NCBI RefSeq assembly: GCF_964204645.1
Contig: NC_134031.1
Location: 496,001-560,000 of the forward strand
Direction: 5' to 3'
DNA: 64,000 nt
Source of the DNA: Tubulanus polymorphus
Taxonomy: Eukaryota > Animalia > Nemertea
Every line of letters begins with the position of its first letter. Position 1 is the first letter of the stretch. Positions 25,801 through 37,900 of this stretch are shown piece after piece. The position numbers were made by a program, and so were the translations under genes. Below the pieces are notes generated by a model that ran no database searches, was not told the DNA's origin, and saw nothing but the letters and a program-made list of their open reading frames with translations.

Positions 25801-25907
25801 CGAGCCCGAAGAAATTCGTCTGTCCGGATCCCGACTGCGCCGTCTGCCGATCGATGAGGAAAAATAAATTACAAATCGAGGAAGGTATTGATAGAAATAG
25901 AGATTGA
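7720..25907 (+). CDS. CCDC18: Coiled-coil domain-containing protein 18-like, ~22 coding exons
   Basis: Approximate exons 7720-7838, 8416-8549, 10120-10299, 10693-10811, 11009-11137, 12200-12295, 12628-12748, 14309-14424, 14928-15178, 15735-15917, 16740-16897, 17680-17921, 18293-18532, 19204-19454, 19666-19800, 19884-20079, 21809-22120, 22382-22544, 22750-22846, 23131-23346, 23856-24584, 25290-25907. Long E/K/L/Q heptad coiled coil. LDAANEAIMIKETEIARLEAKI resembles the CCDC18 C-terminal motif as I recall it. Confidence 0.7.
7845..7988. repeat. 24-bp minisatellite x6
   Basis: Unit gcatcaatgagccaaacagtggct, starting just after a splice donor. Confidence 0.9.
10386..10605. repeat. 36-bp minisatellite x6
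   Basis: Unit tttaaactggatttaacctgttgtattcatcaccgg. Confidence 0.95.
12760..13468. repeat. C-rich low-complexity minisatellite
   Basis: Variants of ccctcaacctctcccacctctctcacccc; source of the spurious Pro/Ser ORF. Confidence 0.9.
13795..13858. repeat. (TA)n microsatellite, ~32 units
   Basis: Direct reading of the sequence. Confidence 0.98.
14550..14677. mobile_element. Harbinger-like MITE family A
   Basis: TIR gagccagttgcacagtc / gactatgcaacccgccc; homologous to 22157-22290 and 47839-47976. Confidence 0.7.
15195..15480. repeat. C-rich minisatellite (cctacaccctctcaacc)
   Basis: Imperfect tandem units within an intron. Confidence 0.85.
16859..17116 (+). repeat. Triplicated exon end plus 5' splice site
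   Basis: gagatgagctgtcgagtattattgagaagggtcgagcaa|gtaagtgagag occurs with donors at 16898, 17007 and 17106. Confidence 0.9.
18545..18985. repeat. ~24-bp minisatellite
   Basis: Variants of ggaggtcattgaatagttagtgag. Confidence 0.9.
19495..19625. repeat. 24-bp minisatellite derived from a MITE family B terminus
   Basis: Unit tgtggaactggatccagagtcaac. Confidence 0.85.
20117..21572. repeat. Highly homogeneous 46-bp satellite, ~31 copies
   Basis: Unit aaacaagcctctctaggctctcagagatatactaggctactagttc, with no spacers. Confidence 0.98.
22157..22290. mobile_element. Harbinger-like MITE family A
   Basis: gggccagttgcatagtc ... gtgcaaccggtcc, flanked by ctg/cag. Confidence 0.7.
23388..23680. repeat. ~99-bp tandem repeat x3
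   Basis: ggaatttgaattttttggtatcttgttg...cctcttgataagaaacagccctcactgtggatat repeated. Confidence 0.85.
24909..25056. mobile_element. Tourist/PIF-like MITE
   Basis: Imperfect TIR ggagtcattaattacgtatgcat / atgcatacgtaataaatgaatgatcc with internal G-runs. Confidence 0.55.
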
Positions 25908-27009
25908 TTGAATTCTAATCCGTAATGTAGCTCAAATACACATTCCACACAGTTCGACAGCTGCTCTGGACACAGTTCCACCGTGCTATGGACACAGTTC
26001 CACTGTTCCTCTGGACACAATCCCACTGTTCTCTGGACACAGTTACACAGATATTTGGACCGCTTCACTGTTCCTCTGGACACAGTTCCACAGATACTTG
26101 GACACTGTTCCACAGTAATATTTAGATCGTTTTCTAGTCAAATTTGGAACTGGGTCCTGAATGTTGATGGTTAATGTTGTATTTGAGCTATATAAGAAAC
26201 AGTTGCATTCAGTTCCTCAGTTTACAGTTTTACAAATTTATCTCTAGTTTTCAAGTATTTGACATGTACTGATTTTAATTGAAGAATTGTAGAATTGTAG
26301 AACTGTAGAACTGTAGTCGTGGGGTTTTGACTCGGTCTATGGAACCAAATGTAACAAACAATGTGTTTTACTAATTCTGATTGAATCTAATCTTGTGTGT
26401 ATTTAATTTGTTTGCTGTGTGATCGATTGATTATTTAACATATTTCTCGTCACTTTCTACAGAACAGGAATTTTATCGTTTGAATCAGTCGATATAGAGG
26501 GCAGCACTGATCGATGCAAGTATTACATGTATTACATATACTCTGCTGCATGTAGTATTATAGTTAGACACTCACTTGCCAGTTCTAGTTCTAATTCTGT
26601 TTCTAATGAACACCTTGTCCTGCCCCCCAACTTAACGCTTTTTATGCGCTAAATCCTTGTTCCTTCCATGTTTTGGCTGCCGGGACTGATGTTTAGCAAC
26701 ATGGATGTGACCATTACTGCGGGTGACTTTTGACTTGTCCAGGAAGTTTTTCCAAAACTGGAAAATATGAAATGGTTGTCTCTCTCTCTGTGGTTAGATT
26801 TAGTTTATTAGAACATGTTTCACCCTACGATTTCTGGCCAATAATTTCAGCATCCTCACTTTTGGTTTGGGTTAACGTTAGGGTAAGGTGACCGCTATTG
26901 CGCAAGCTGTCTAAACAATCACAACTGTTTCTAAATTACGATCTTTGCACTTTTTTCATTCTTAGCACTCGACACTTCAGCTGCACTTTTCAAATACATT
27001 CCGAATCTG

Positions 27010-27560
27010 AGAATATTCTCGAGATAACTTGAATATTCTCAATATACCTTGAATATTCTCAACATACCTTGAATATTCTCAATATACCTTGAATATCCTC
27101 AATATACCTTGAATATTCTCAATATACCTTGAATATTCTCAATATACCTTGAATATTCTCAATATACCTTGAATATACTCGAGATAACTTGAATATTCTC
27201 AATAAACCTTGAATATCCTCAACATACCTTTTATATCCTCAATATACCTTGAATATTCTCAATATACCTTGAATATTCTAAATATACCTTGAATATTCTT
27301 AATATACCTTGAATATTTTCAAATATCCTTAAATTTTCTCAATATACCTTGAATATTCTCAATATACCTTGAATATCCTCAATATACCTTGAATATACTC
27401 GAGATAACTTGAATATTCTCAATAAACCTTGAATATCCTCAACATACCTTTTATATCCTCAATATACCTTGAATATTCTTAATATACCTTGGATATCCTC
27501 AATATACCTTGAATATTTTCAAATATCCTTAAATTTTCTTAAAAATCCCTGAATATTCCC
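27010..27560. repeat. 20-bp minisatellite, ~27 copies
   Basis: Unit gaatattctcaatatacctt. Confidence 0.95.
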
Positions 27561-27988
27561 AAATATTTATAGTATATGATATTATTTACAGAAACCGAAT
27601 CGTTCTCACTCGCGGACGGAGAGAAGACGCCGACGAACGACTGATTCCAGTTCCGTTACTGATAACAACCCGGTTACCACGACAACAATGTATGTTAATG
27701 ACGATATTCAACTAGATTAGTAGGTCACCGACCGCCCACGTGGTGGTGCTAGTCATCCACCACTATTAGATTGTGATTTTTGTGCGAGTTTTACTTACAG
27801 TTGATTGATTGATTGATTGATTGATCGATTGATCGATCGATTGATTGATCGATTTTCCATCAGCCAATATTTATATTGATTATAGAATTGAATTTTGTGA
27901 ATAATACATTTAGCAACATTTTTTATATGTAAAACATTGAATGGTGAATTCAGCCTTACTATCAGCTCTCAGTACAAACTAGTAAAAA

Positions 27989-28004
27989 CCACTAGGGGGC
28001 AGTA
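27989..28004 (+). promoter_or_regulatory. CTCF-consensus site between the convergent CCDC18 and SMYD3 ends
   Basis: ccactagggggcagta matches the CTCF core consensus. Motif match only. Confidence 0.5.
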
Positions 28005-28982
28005 GTTGCATGCTCGTAGATTCCACTCACAATATAGATGTATTAGAACACTTCGCATTATCTGTTTGCTGTAAATTATTATCATTATTGACACTATTAT
28101 TGAATCTCAGTTATTTAGTTATATATAATGTATTAGATGATGGTTTGTTTGTAAGAAGAGTATTTTTCTATAGATTAAACACAGCTGGATCTGTGCCAAA
28201 ACATTACAACACATTAATATCATTATTTATATTCAGTATTTTTATATAGAAACAATACGAACTTTGTATAAACAGTTATTAAAAACTTACGAATAAAGAG
28301 GAAAATATGTAGTACGTGAATTAGTTGTTGTAATTATTGATTTATCAGTTTATGAGTGATTGCATTCAGGTTGAACTCATGCAGTTGGGATGATCATTTT
28401 AGTCGAAGACTTATACAAATGACGACTTATATTAGTAGACTGAATTGGAAATACAAATTGTGACTTCACTAATGTGACCACTTGAGAGCATGTTTGTCAT
28501 TGGTCAGCATGTAATGGTCAGTGGTCAGTATGTGATGGTCAGTAGTCAGTATGTGATTGATGGTCAGTGGTCAGTATGTGATGGTCAGTGGTCAGTATGT
28601 GATTGATGGTCAGTGGTCAGCATGTGATTGATGGTCGGGTCTTGTTTCCTCAGTATTGAATGCTGACTTAAAAACCAAATCCTTGAAAACCTATAAACCA
28701 GACGCTGAGATATTTATATTTATGACATTAAACGATGATGACTAGAGATTTATTTATCTAAAATAAAAAAAAACATGAACACAATCAGTGGAAACTACAA
28801 AACACAAATTCAGCATCAATTTCAAACTAAACTGAATTCGTATTTGTTTGAAGGCAATTTACAGATACAAGTCAAAGAGTTGTGGAGTATGTGAAACAAT
28901 CAGCTCTCTGTGTTATGCAGAGTCGACAGTATGAAGGGTAATCAGTGGGCGGAACAACTATCACTATCTGGATGAGACACAG

Positions 28983-31900
28983 TTAATCTAATTCATGTAT
29001 TTCAGTATTTACTTTCTGACAAAACTGAGCGACTTTATCAACTTTACATTTATTCACGATAAAGTCTATTTCATCGTAAATTGTGTGCTGTTTGCCGTGT
29101 GTTATCCGTAGAATATCCTGCGCTTGTTCCAGGTGGCGCTCTCCTTCGTCGTAGATTTGAAGATGAAGTTCCAGTTTACCGAGACGTAACAATTGAAGTC
29201 CTAGACTCGGGTGGTATCTAGGATACAATCTCCTGAAATACAAACGATCGATGGATTGAGTGAAATGTACTGTGTTCGGATTAAAGGAAGGAGTTTACAA
29301 TGTCTGATACATACAGATATCCGGGTAATGATTTCAGAGCGTATTGATGAGCTCCTTTCCAATCCTCGGTGAAAATACAAGCATCAAATCCTCGATCCAT
29401 TAATCTCAAATAATATACATTCAAACCGTGTAGAATTTCTTCATACGTTTCCAAACATTCTTCCACTAATTGTAAACATTCTTCATATTCTACAAACAGA
29501 AGAATTGAAGAGAGGAGGTTCTCATTGTGAGTCACTGCACATGGTTCTACACTCCACCTCTCCCTGGTCAGCTCACCCCCAGTCTCCTTGGTCAGAAGAA
29601 TTGAAGAGAAGAGGTTCTCATTGTGAATCACCGCACATGGTTCTACACTCTACCTCTCACTGGTCAGCTCACCCCCAGTCTCCTTGGTCAGAAGAATTGA
29701 AGAGAAGAGGTTCTCATTGTGAGTCACCGCACATGGTTCTACACTCTACCTCTCCCTGGTCAGCTCACCCCCAGTCTCTCCTTGGTCAGAAGAATTGAAG
29801 AGAAGAGGTTCTCATTGTGAATCACTGCACATGGTTCTACACTCTACCTCTCCCTGGTCAGCTCACCCCAGTCTCCTTGGTCAGCCTTTAGCCATACCTA
29901 TTCTAGTTGTAGTATGTTTGTTTATACCAGGTGACCAGCTTTTGGCCAATCAGAAACTAGGGTTAGGGTTAGCGATGTGGACAATTTGCATGTCAAGTGA
30001 CCAGCTCCAGCCAATCACAGCTAGGGTTAGGGTTGGGGCTGTTTGCTGTCATCAGGTGACCAATTACAGCCAATCACAGCTAGGGTTAGGGTTAAGGGCA
30101 GTTTGTTTACATCAGGTGACCAGTTCCAGCCAATCACAGCTAGGGTTAGGGTTAAGGACAGTTTGTTTACATCAGGTGACCAGTTCCAGCCAATCACAGC
30201 TAGGGTTAGGGTTAAGGACAGTTTGTTTACATCATGTGACCAGCTCCAGCCAATCAGGTGTAGCTAGATGTTTGGTCTGTAAGAGTAACTCAATTAGATA
30301 GTGGCTCAATTGGAATAGAGATATTTCCATACAATTCCAATAAATCCTTACGATAATCATCTATTCAATAATGATAGTGACAGTTACCTAGATTATAACA
30401 ACTCAATAGCTTCAGTGCTATGACTATATACTGAACCTCAGCTCAGTAATGGGACTGAACCCTAGCTCAACTATGAGACTACCCTCTGAACCCTAGCTCA
30501 ACTATGAGACTTTACCCTCTGAACCCTAGCTCAACTATGAGACTCTATCCTCTGAACCCTAGCTCAACTATGAGACTAGTACCCTCTGAAGGCTAGTAAT
30601 TAGACTCCACTGTTTAGTTATAATCTACCCTCACTGAATTCTTACCTCCTTCCTTCCTAGTATCATCTATTTTGACTAAAGCTTCTTTAGTTCGATTGAT
30701 AGAGATTTGTTTTTTTAAGCGGTAACTGTCGTCAAATGATGTTTTATTACAATACGTGCAACGGAAATCACCAACTATCAAAAAAACAAAAATAAAAACA
30801 ATTCATCAAATTCCAGTAGAATTAATTCCCTCATCATTGACATTCCTAATCATTATTCTATTCAATGATTATCATAAAAACAAAAGATTTTATTTCACTC
30901 TAAACTCATTTCAGGAACAGAACATTTCCTCCCAGGATATCCTAGTAATAATTTGTGAGTTGTAGACTACGTTATTGGAGACGATAATTTCACTGATGCA
31001 GTTATACATTTCAGGACTGACTGACTATCATTCAAATCAGTGAAATTGCTATTTTGAACGAAGTCAATCTTCTTCATAGAATTCTTAGTCAGATTCGTGA
31101 TTAGAAGAACTAAGATTCAAATATTAAGTCTAAGTCTATTTTATGACCATTGTGTATAGGTTTCAAACACCTCATTATCTCATGTATGAATAGAGTAAAT
31201 GTTTTTATATTTAATACCTTCATATTCAATTACCGGACCTGGACATCCATTTTCTGTACATTTCGTGCTCAACATCAGTTGATCCTAAATAATTGAAATA
31301 CATGTTTTATATTTCTGTACAATCTTTCGGATGTGATGTTCGTTGTTATCTGTTGTTTGTAGGTTTTTGTCATTGTTCAGAACACACTTTAACATCGCAA
31401 CCACCAGCATGGCCTTCAACTCGGAGCCACACTAACCCTGAATGTAACTTTAAGTTTGCGATGAAAATGGTAACAATTTTTTAGACTTCCTGGACAAGTG
31501 TCTTTATGCTCCAGGCAGCTATTTCATACAAGTTCTACCACCTAACCCGTAACCCTGACCTCCTACCTCCAATATAGCTAGCAACTCGCTTTATCTGAAT
31601 AAATGTAAATATATTTCAGATCTAAATGTTCACAGCATCATTTTGAAAGCAACAAAATCATTATTTCTTCTATAAGCGAGCGACATTAAATCACACATTA
31701 ATCTGTCGGTTTGCGCCACGACACATTATGTCGGTTTTCATGCGGTTATTTCATTAGAGATAAATCAAGTAACAAATGGAGACATAAACAGAATGATAGA
31801 GACGGACAGCAACTGCAGCAGGCAGCATCCACACAGCTATAGCGACAGCAGCCAGTGAGAGACAGCATCGACACAGCCATAGTGACAGCAACCAGTGACA

Positions 31901-34900
31901 GACAGCACAAGCTGACATGACAGCAGCATCAAAAAGATGTCTCGTCCTCCTCAGCTGTGGCCGCTACGAGACGTAGATTTAGTTTATGATTTCAATAAAA
32001 CATGTCAACCGCATTACATCACGTGGTCGCGGTTTTACATTAACACACTAGTGGCGACACCTATCTCATTCATCGCCACGTTTCTAAACGTGTTCTGTTT
32101 TATTGTGCTGAGAAGATTTTCGTTCCAGCCCACCTATTACTTGTTGAAAGTACTGACAATATTTGACGCACTATTTTCACTGACAAGCATCCCTGAATAC
32201 AGCGCTGGTGTACTGTACAGGTATTTCCAATATGGCCGACGATTCGTCTACATTCGCCAAAACTTTTTACTTCCACAACTCGATATATATTTGATAGGTT
32301 TGGTGCACGCATTATACATGACACGTAACTGGATAACAGTCTCTATCACCTTCGAACGAGCGCTAACCGTTGTGTTTCTGTTCAAGGTCAAACGATGGAC
32401 GACCGAACGATCGATGAATCATGTGATCATCTCGGTCGTCTGTCTCAACGTTATCATTTCTGTGCCGTTTTTCCTGTATAGAATTAAACCGATAAAAGGA
32501 AACCTGTGTCAATATTTCAAGTCGGAGCTCGAGATATTTTACACTTATGGTAATATTTGGAGTTTCCCTATGGGTAGATATAACCGGCCGGTTATCGTTT
32601 ATTTTGGCACAGTCTGCCCCATCTTACTCTTATTGATCGGTAATACCGTTTTATGTTCAAACGTTTTAAATTTTCAAAAGAAACGGCTCTCTCTGTTGGC
32701 AACAACACCGCAGCAGACGAGCGGCAACAAGGATAAACTGGCGTTAGTTACCACTGTAACCATAGTAACAGCCCATTTACTTTGTGAATTTCCAAAAATG
32801 TTCGCATTGTTGAATTACGATTTTCGTTGGTTACAAGAAATAATAGAACAGAACATATTGAAATATAGCGCCGAAATTGGGAGTAAAATTGATTCGTTAG
32901 TGAACGTAATTTTGTACCTAGTTGTTAATAAACGTTTCCGTAGCAACGCTGCGGATATTTTGCGTTCTAAAAGTACAAAACACACCGTGAACTGATAATA
33001 AGTTTATAGAACCTAGAATCCACTTCTTAATCTGCCAGCTCCAACTCTAAGCTATGATGTTATTGTCCACTACATGCATCTTGTAATAAAATGAACCCGT
33101 TCAAGGAATATTAGAAGAAAAGGAACTGTATTTTTCATGGCAACAGAAAGTCACAATAAACGCAGTCCACCCTCGGTATAAACATTTTCGAAGAAATACT
33201 CAAAATATAATCAAAATTGATACAATTTCTACGAATTCTAACAATCTATGATTTGATAAAAAAACGGAACCCCTCAGAAGGCAGGGGTCTGAACCCCTGA
33301 AGAAATCGCCCACCAGATTCGCTCCCATGTACTCAAGTAAGTAGGTACAATTTGTAATTGTCCAATATTTATTTTCAATTGAGTTAATCCCAGGGTTAAA
33401 GATAATGCCAGTCTTTCAAAATCGGGCCCCCGGCATTTAAAATAGATATATACAATCTATTGTATCGAAAATTAAAATCTGTTGAAATTCACGAATATAA
33501 AGTTGCATAATCGCGAAAATTAAAATCTACAGAAATAGCAGTTTTATATTGATAATAGACTCACGAATAGAAGCTGGGTGAATTATTGATTAGTAGCTCA
33601 CACACGTGCATACACAGGGAGCAGGGTGGATCCGGGATTCATGAATAGCGTGTGACGCCTAACACCAAGTGTACAAGAGCTCAAAACCTGCTCACTGTAT
33701 ATAAAACCCTGCACACTCACACTCAACCCTGCACATTCAACACTCAGTACAGGTTCGTATTTACCGTAATTACTATCAATTGAATTATCATTACTTCATG
33801 AAAATATCAAATTTACTTCAATTGGATGAAAATCTTATAAAGATGAAAGTAATTTGAGATAAATACATGATACGTGGGATTTAATACATCTGAACAGTGT
33901 ATACACAATATTAACCCTTTCTTCCTGATTCCCTACATCTGTAGATTATATTCAATTCAATCAGTTTCTACTGTATTCATTTCAGATATGGCCACAGGTG
34001 GAGCCACCGGTATGAACGGTAGTCATCTCGACGATTTATTAAAATGTTCGATATGTTATGACTATTTGAAGGATCCACGGACTCTGCCGTGTCTTCATAC
34101 GTTCTGTACTGAGTGTTTACAGGGTCTTTATAACGCTACGATCCACAGCGACATCTCCGGGTTACTGTCATACGATATCATCTCGTGTCCGACCTGTAGA
34201 ACTCGCACTATCGTACCACCAGGGGGCGTCACCGGATTCCCTAACGATTTCAAAGTATCGAAAATATCCGAAATCGTCTCCGACAATAATCGGTTATCAC
34301 TAAACGACGGCGATGGCGTAAGTCCGACGACGAGAAGATGCGATATTTGTAAGTTCACTAACCGTCACATTCAAGCGAGCGTTTTCTGCGTCGAATGTTC
34401 GCGTTATTTCTGTAGCGGATGTATCAATCGCCATGACAACCGCGTATTGTTGAAAGGTCATCAGAAATACGAATTGATGAAACAGAAATTCGTCGATATC
34501 AAATGTGAAATTCACGACTCGGAAAACGTTCAATATTTCTGCGACGAATGCAAGGAATCCATCTGTCTGCATTGTACTATTACCGGTCGTCATAGCAACC
34601 ACGATATAATCGAGCTCGGTAACGGAATTCAACAATGCGAGTTGAATTTGAAAGAATGCGCCGAGAAACTGACGCAAAAACTGGAGAAAATCAAAATATC
34701 CGTTTATAAACTGAACGATATCGAAAAACAGATGAAGAATATCGGAGATGAGTCGATAGAACTGGTGAAAATGAGAGTGAGAGAAATGATAATATCGATT
34801 AAAAAACGAGAACATCAATTACTGAATGAATTAGACGAGCAAAATCACGAGAATCAGATACAAGTGAAAACAGACGTGCAAAATATCGAAATACTCGAGA

Positions 34901-37900
34901 AATCAATAGACGAGAAACTCATCGAGATAACGAGGATTTTAAACGAGGAGAACGAGGAGAAAATCATTGACGCTTCGAGGAACCTCGCTCCGAAAATAAA
35001 ACGTCTGCTCGAAGAGTGTGAGACGTACGGAACAGACAGAGACAGGGCAGGCGGCGACCGGGTACGATTGAGTAAATTCATTCCATCGAAAAAAAACATT
35101 AAACTCGGTAAAATACAACAATTCACGGTTACCGCGGAGAAAATAGAACAAACCGTAAATACGTTCCGACAGATTCCGTTTAGAGTATTCGAATATCCGA
35201 GATTGATTTTCCTGTCGAAATTCTCGACGTCATCTGCCTGGGTCGGTGACGTTAGTTACCCGCAGATTATAGAATCATTCCCGGACGGGAACCTCGTCAT
35301 CGCCGACACCAACAACTGCAGCATCCAAATATTCGACGTCGAGGGAAACTACATTAAATCGATAATAGAGGGCGCCGTGAAACCTCTGTCGATCGTTGTC
35401 ACCGGCGACGGTAATATAGCGGTCGCTGATTTGATCGATAGAAAGATTAAAATCGTCGATATCGATGGGAATATCGTAAGAGAATTCGGTGAATTCTGTT
35501 CACCGTGCGGGATTACGATCAACTCTAAACGACAATTCATTGTCACTGACTTCAATCAGAACAGTCTCGAGATATACTCACCTGAGTACACCCGCCTGAG
35601 AAAACAAACCCTTCACGATTACCGCGCCACTCGTCGTCACGGTTACTGTCGACCAATCACTGACAGCCGAGATAATATCTACATATCGGATGTTGGAGAT
35701 CAGACGATTACTAAATACGATCAAGAGGGCGCTTTCGTCAAGAAATTCTACGTCGCCGATGACGACGGTGAATTAACCGGTTTATGCGTTGATAAATTCG
35801 ATCGTATTTTGTTCGCTGATAAATGCCGATCTCGTATATCGATACTCGACCCAGAATCCGGCGATCAATTCGTTTTACTCGATAAGAAATCGGGTTTGAG
35901 ATCTCCGTCTGACGTTACTATAACCAGTCAGAGACACCTGGTGATCGTTGAAGGAAGTATTGATTGCGTAAGGGTTTATCAGATGTGCGACGTGAACTGG
36001 CAAACTGATTTACCAGTTCTTACTCCGGAAGATTCAGATGATTAATTGTTAAGAGGGAGAGGAGGGGATCCACCTTCCTGTACATATACCTAGGATTTGT
36101 TTGTAATAATTTGACCCTAGCTGAATACAGTTTTACAGTGATACCTGGTTAAACTGTTATTTGACAAGCCATCAAGATAATGATCACCCTGACCAGTTCA
36201 CGTGGATACCCCAGTTTTAGATTCAAATTCTTTAACTTATTTATTCATTTAATTTATGTATTTATTTATCTATTTATTGTATTTTTAAGTTATTACAAGA
36301 TTTCTTAAAACATTTTTGCGTGTATTTATTTATTAACATAGATATTAATTTATTTTGGTGTGTTCTAGTCAAACGTGTGTATGAGATCTATAGTTTAGAC
36401 TTGCTACATGTGAATGTCTCACATTTTACTGTTTATTAATTTTTAACCTGATCTAGAGAGTTTTTGCTTTAATTGCTTCGAAACTATGAGAGATTTTAGG
36501 AAACCGAAAATGTTTGAATCATGGAGAAATATAAACTAATTCAACTAAACAAATTGTTTTTTCTATTTGTGGTACAATAGAGTTTATGTAGACTTTTCCA
36601 CAAATGATGGTCGCCCCCATCGTCACTATGACATCATCACTATTGTGTCAACATCCTGAGTCGACACTTATGTGATGGCATAAGGGGATTGATAAAGGTG
36701 GCCATATTTAAGTAAGAGTTTGTGTCTTACCAGAGAATCATCTAAACACCGTTCACAATCGCAGCGGAAATAATACTGATTCATTAGTTCATCGTATCTC
36801 TCACTATGTGGTGCTAGTATCTCTGTATAACTTATATATATCTACAAAGAAAACAGCAGTTTACATCAGCAACATCAAACACAGTAGACTACAGTTGAGA
36901 TGGATCTGATCAACTGAGAGATAACTGTTTAACTGAGAGATAACTGTTTAACTCAGAGATAACTGTTTAACTGAGAGATAACAGTTTAACTAAGAGATAA
37001 CTGTTTAACTCAGAGATAAATGTTTAACTCAAAGATAACCAATTAACTCAGAGATAACTGTTTAACTCAGGGATAACTGTTTAACTCAGAGATAACTGTT
37101 TAACTCAAAGATAACTATTTAACTCAAAAGATAACTGTTTAACTCAGAGATAAATGTTTAACTCAGAGATAAATGTTTAACTCAGAGATAAATGTTTAAC
37201 TCAGAGATAACCGTTTAACTCAGAGATAACTGTTTAACTCAGAGATAACTGTTTAACTCACAGATAACAGTTTAACTCAGAGATAACTGTTGAACTCAGA
37301 GATAACTGTTGAACTCAGAGATAACTGTTTAACTGAGAGATAACTGTTTAACTCAGAGATAACTGTTTAACTCAGAGATAACAGTTTAACTAAGAGATAA
37401 CTGTTTAACTCAGAGATAAATGTTTATCTCACAGATAACTGTTTAACTCAGAGATAACAGTTTAACTCAGAGATAACTGTTTATCTCACAGATAACTGTT
37501 TATCTCACAGATAACTGTTTAACTCAGAGATAACTGTTTAACTCAGAGATAACTGTTTATCTCACAGATAACTGTTTAACTCAGAGATAACTGTTTAACT
37601 CAGAGATAACTGTTTATCTCACAGATAACTGTTTAACTCAGAGAAAACTATTTAACTCAGAGATTTGATGGTTGTTGAACTATTCATATGAATCATATAC
37701 CATCAAACTTAGATATCAGTCTTTGAGTCGGGCAAATTTTATCGTCCGTCTCAGACATGAGTGAAACCAAAATTATAGGTACGCAATACTGTACTAATAA
37801 TAGTTATTAACGAAGCCTTCACTAATTAATTGATTCGTTAATATTGATTAATGATAATTACCCGTTTATAGTCTTCATGATCGATATCGGTAAGAGCATG

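Noticed and set aside
29925-30258. Telomerase RNA template or interstitial telomere
   Set aside because: Only about two TTAGGG units per 60-bp repeat, with no recognisable pseudoknot or H/ACA domain.
33874-33987. N-terminal extension of the TRIM ORF in the track
   Set aside because: Starts at GTG within probable intron sequence; MATGG at 33988 after an acceptor is the typical start.
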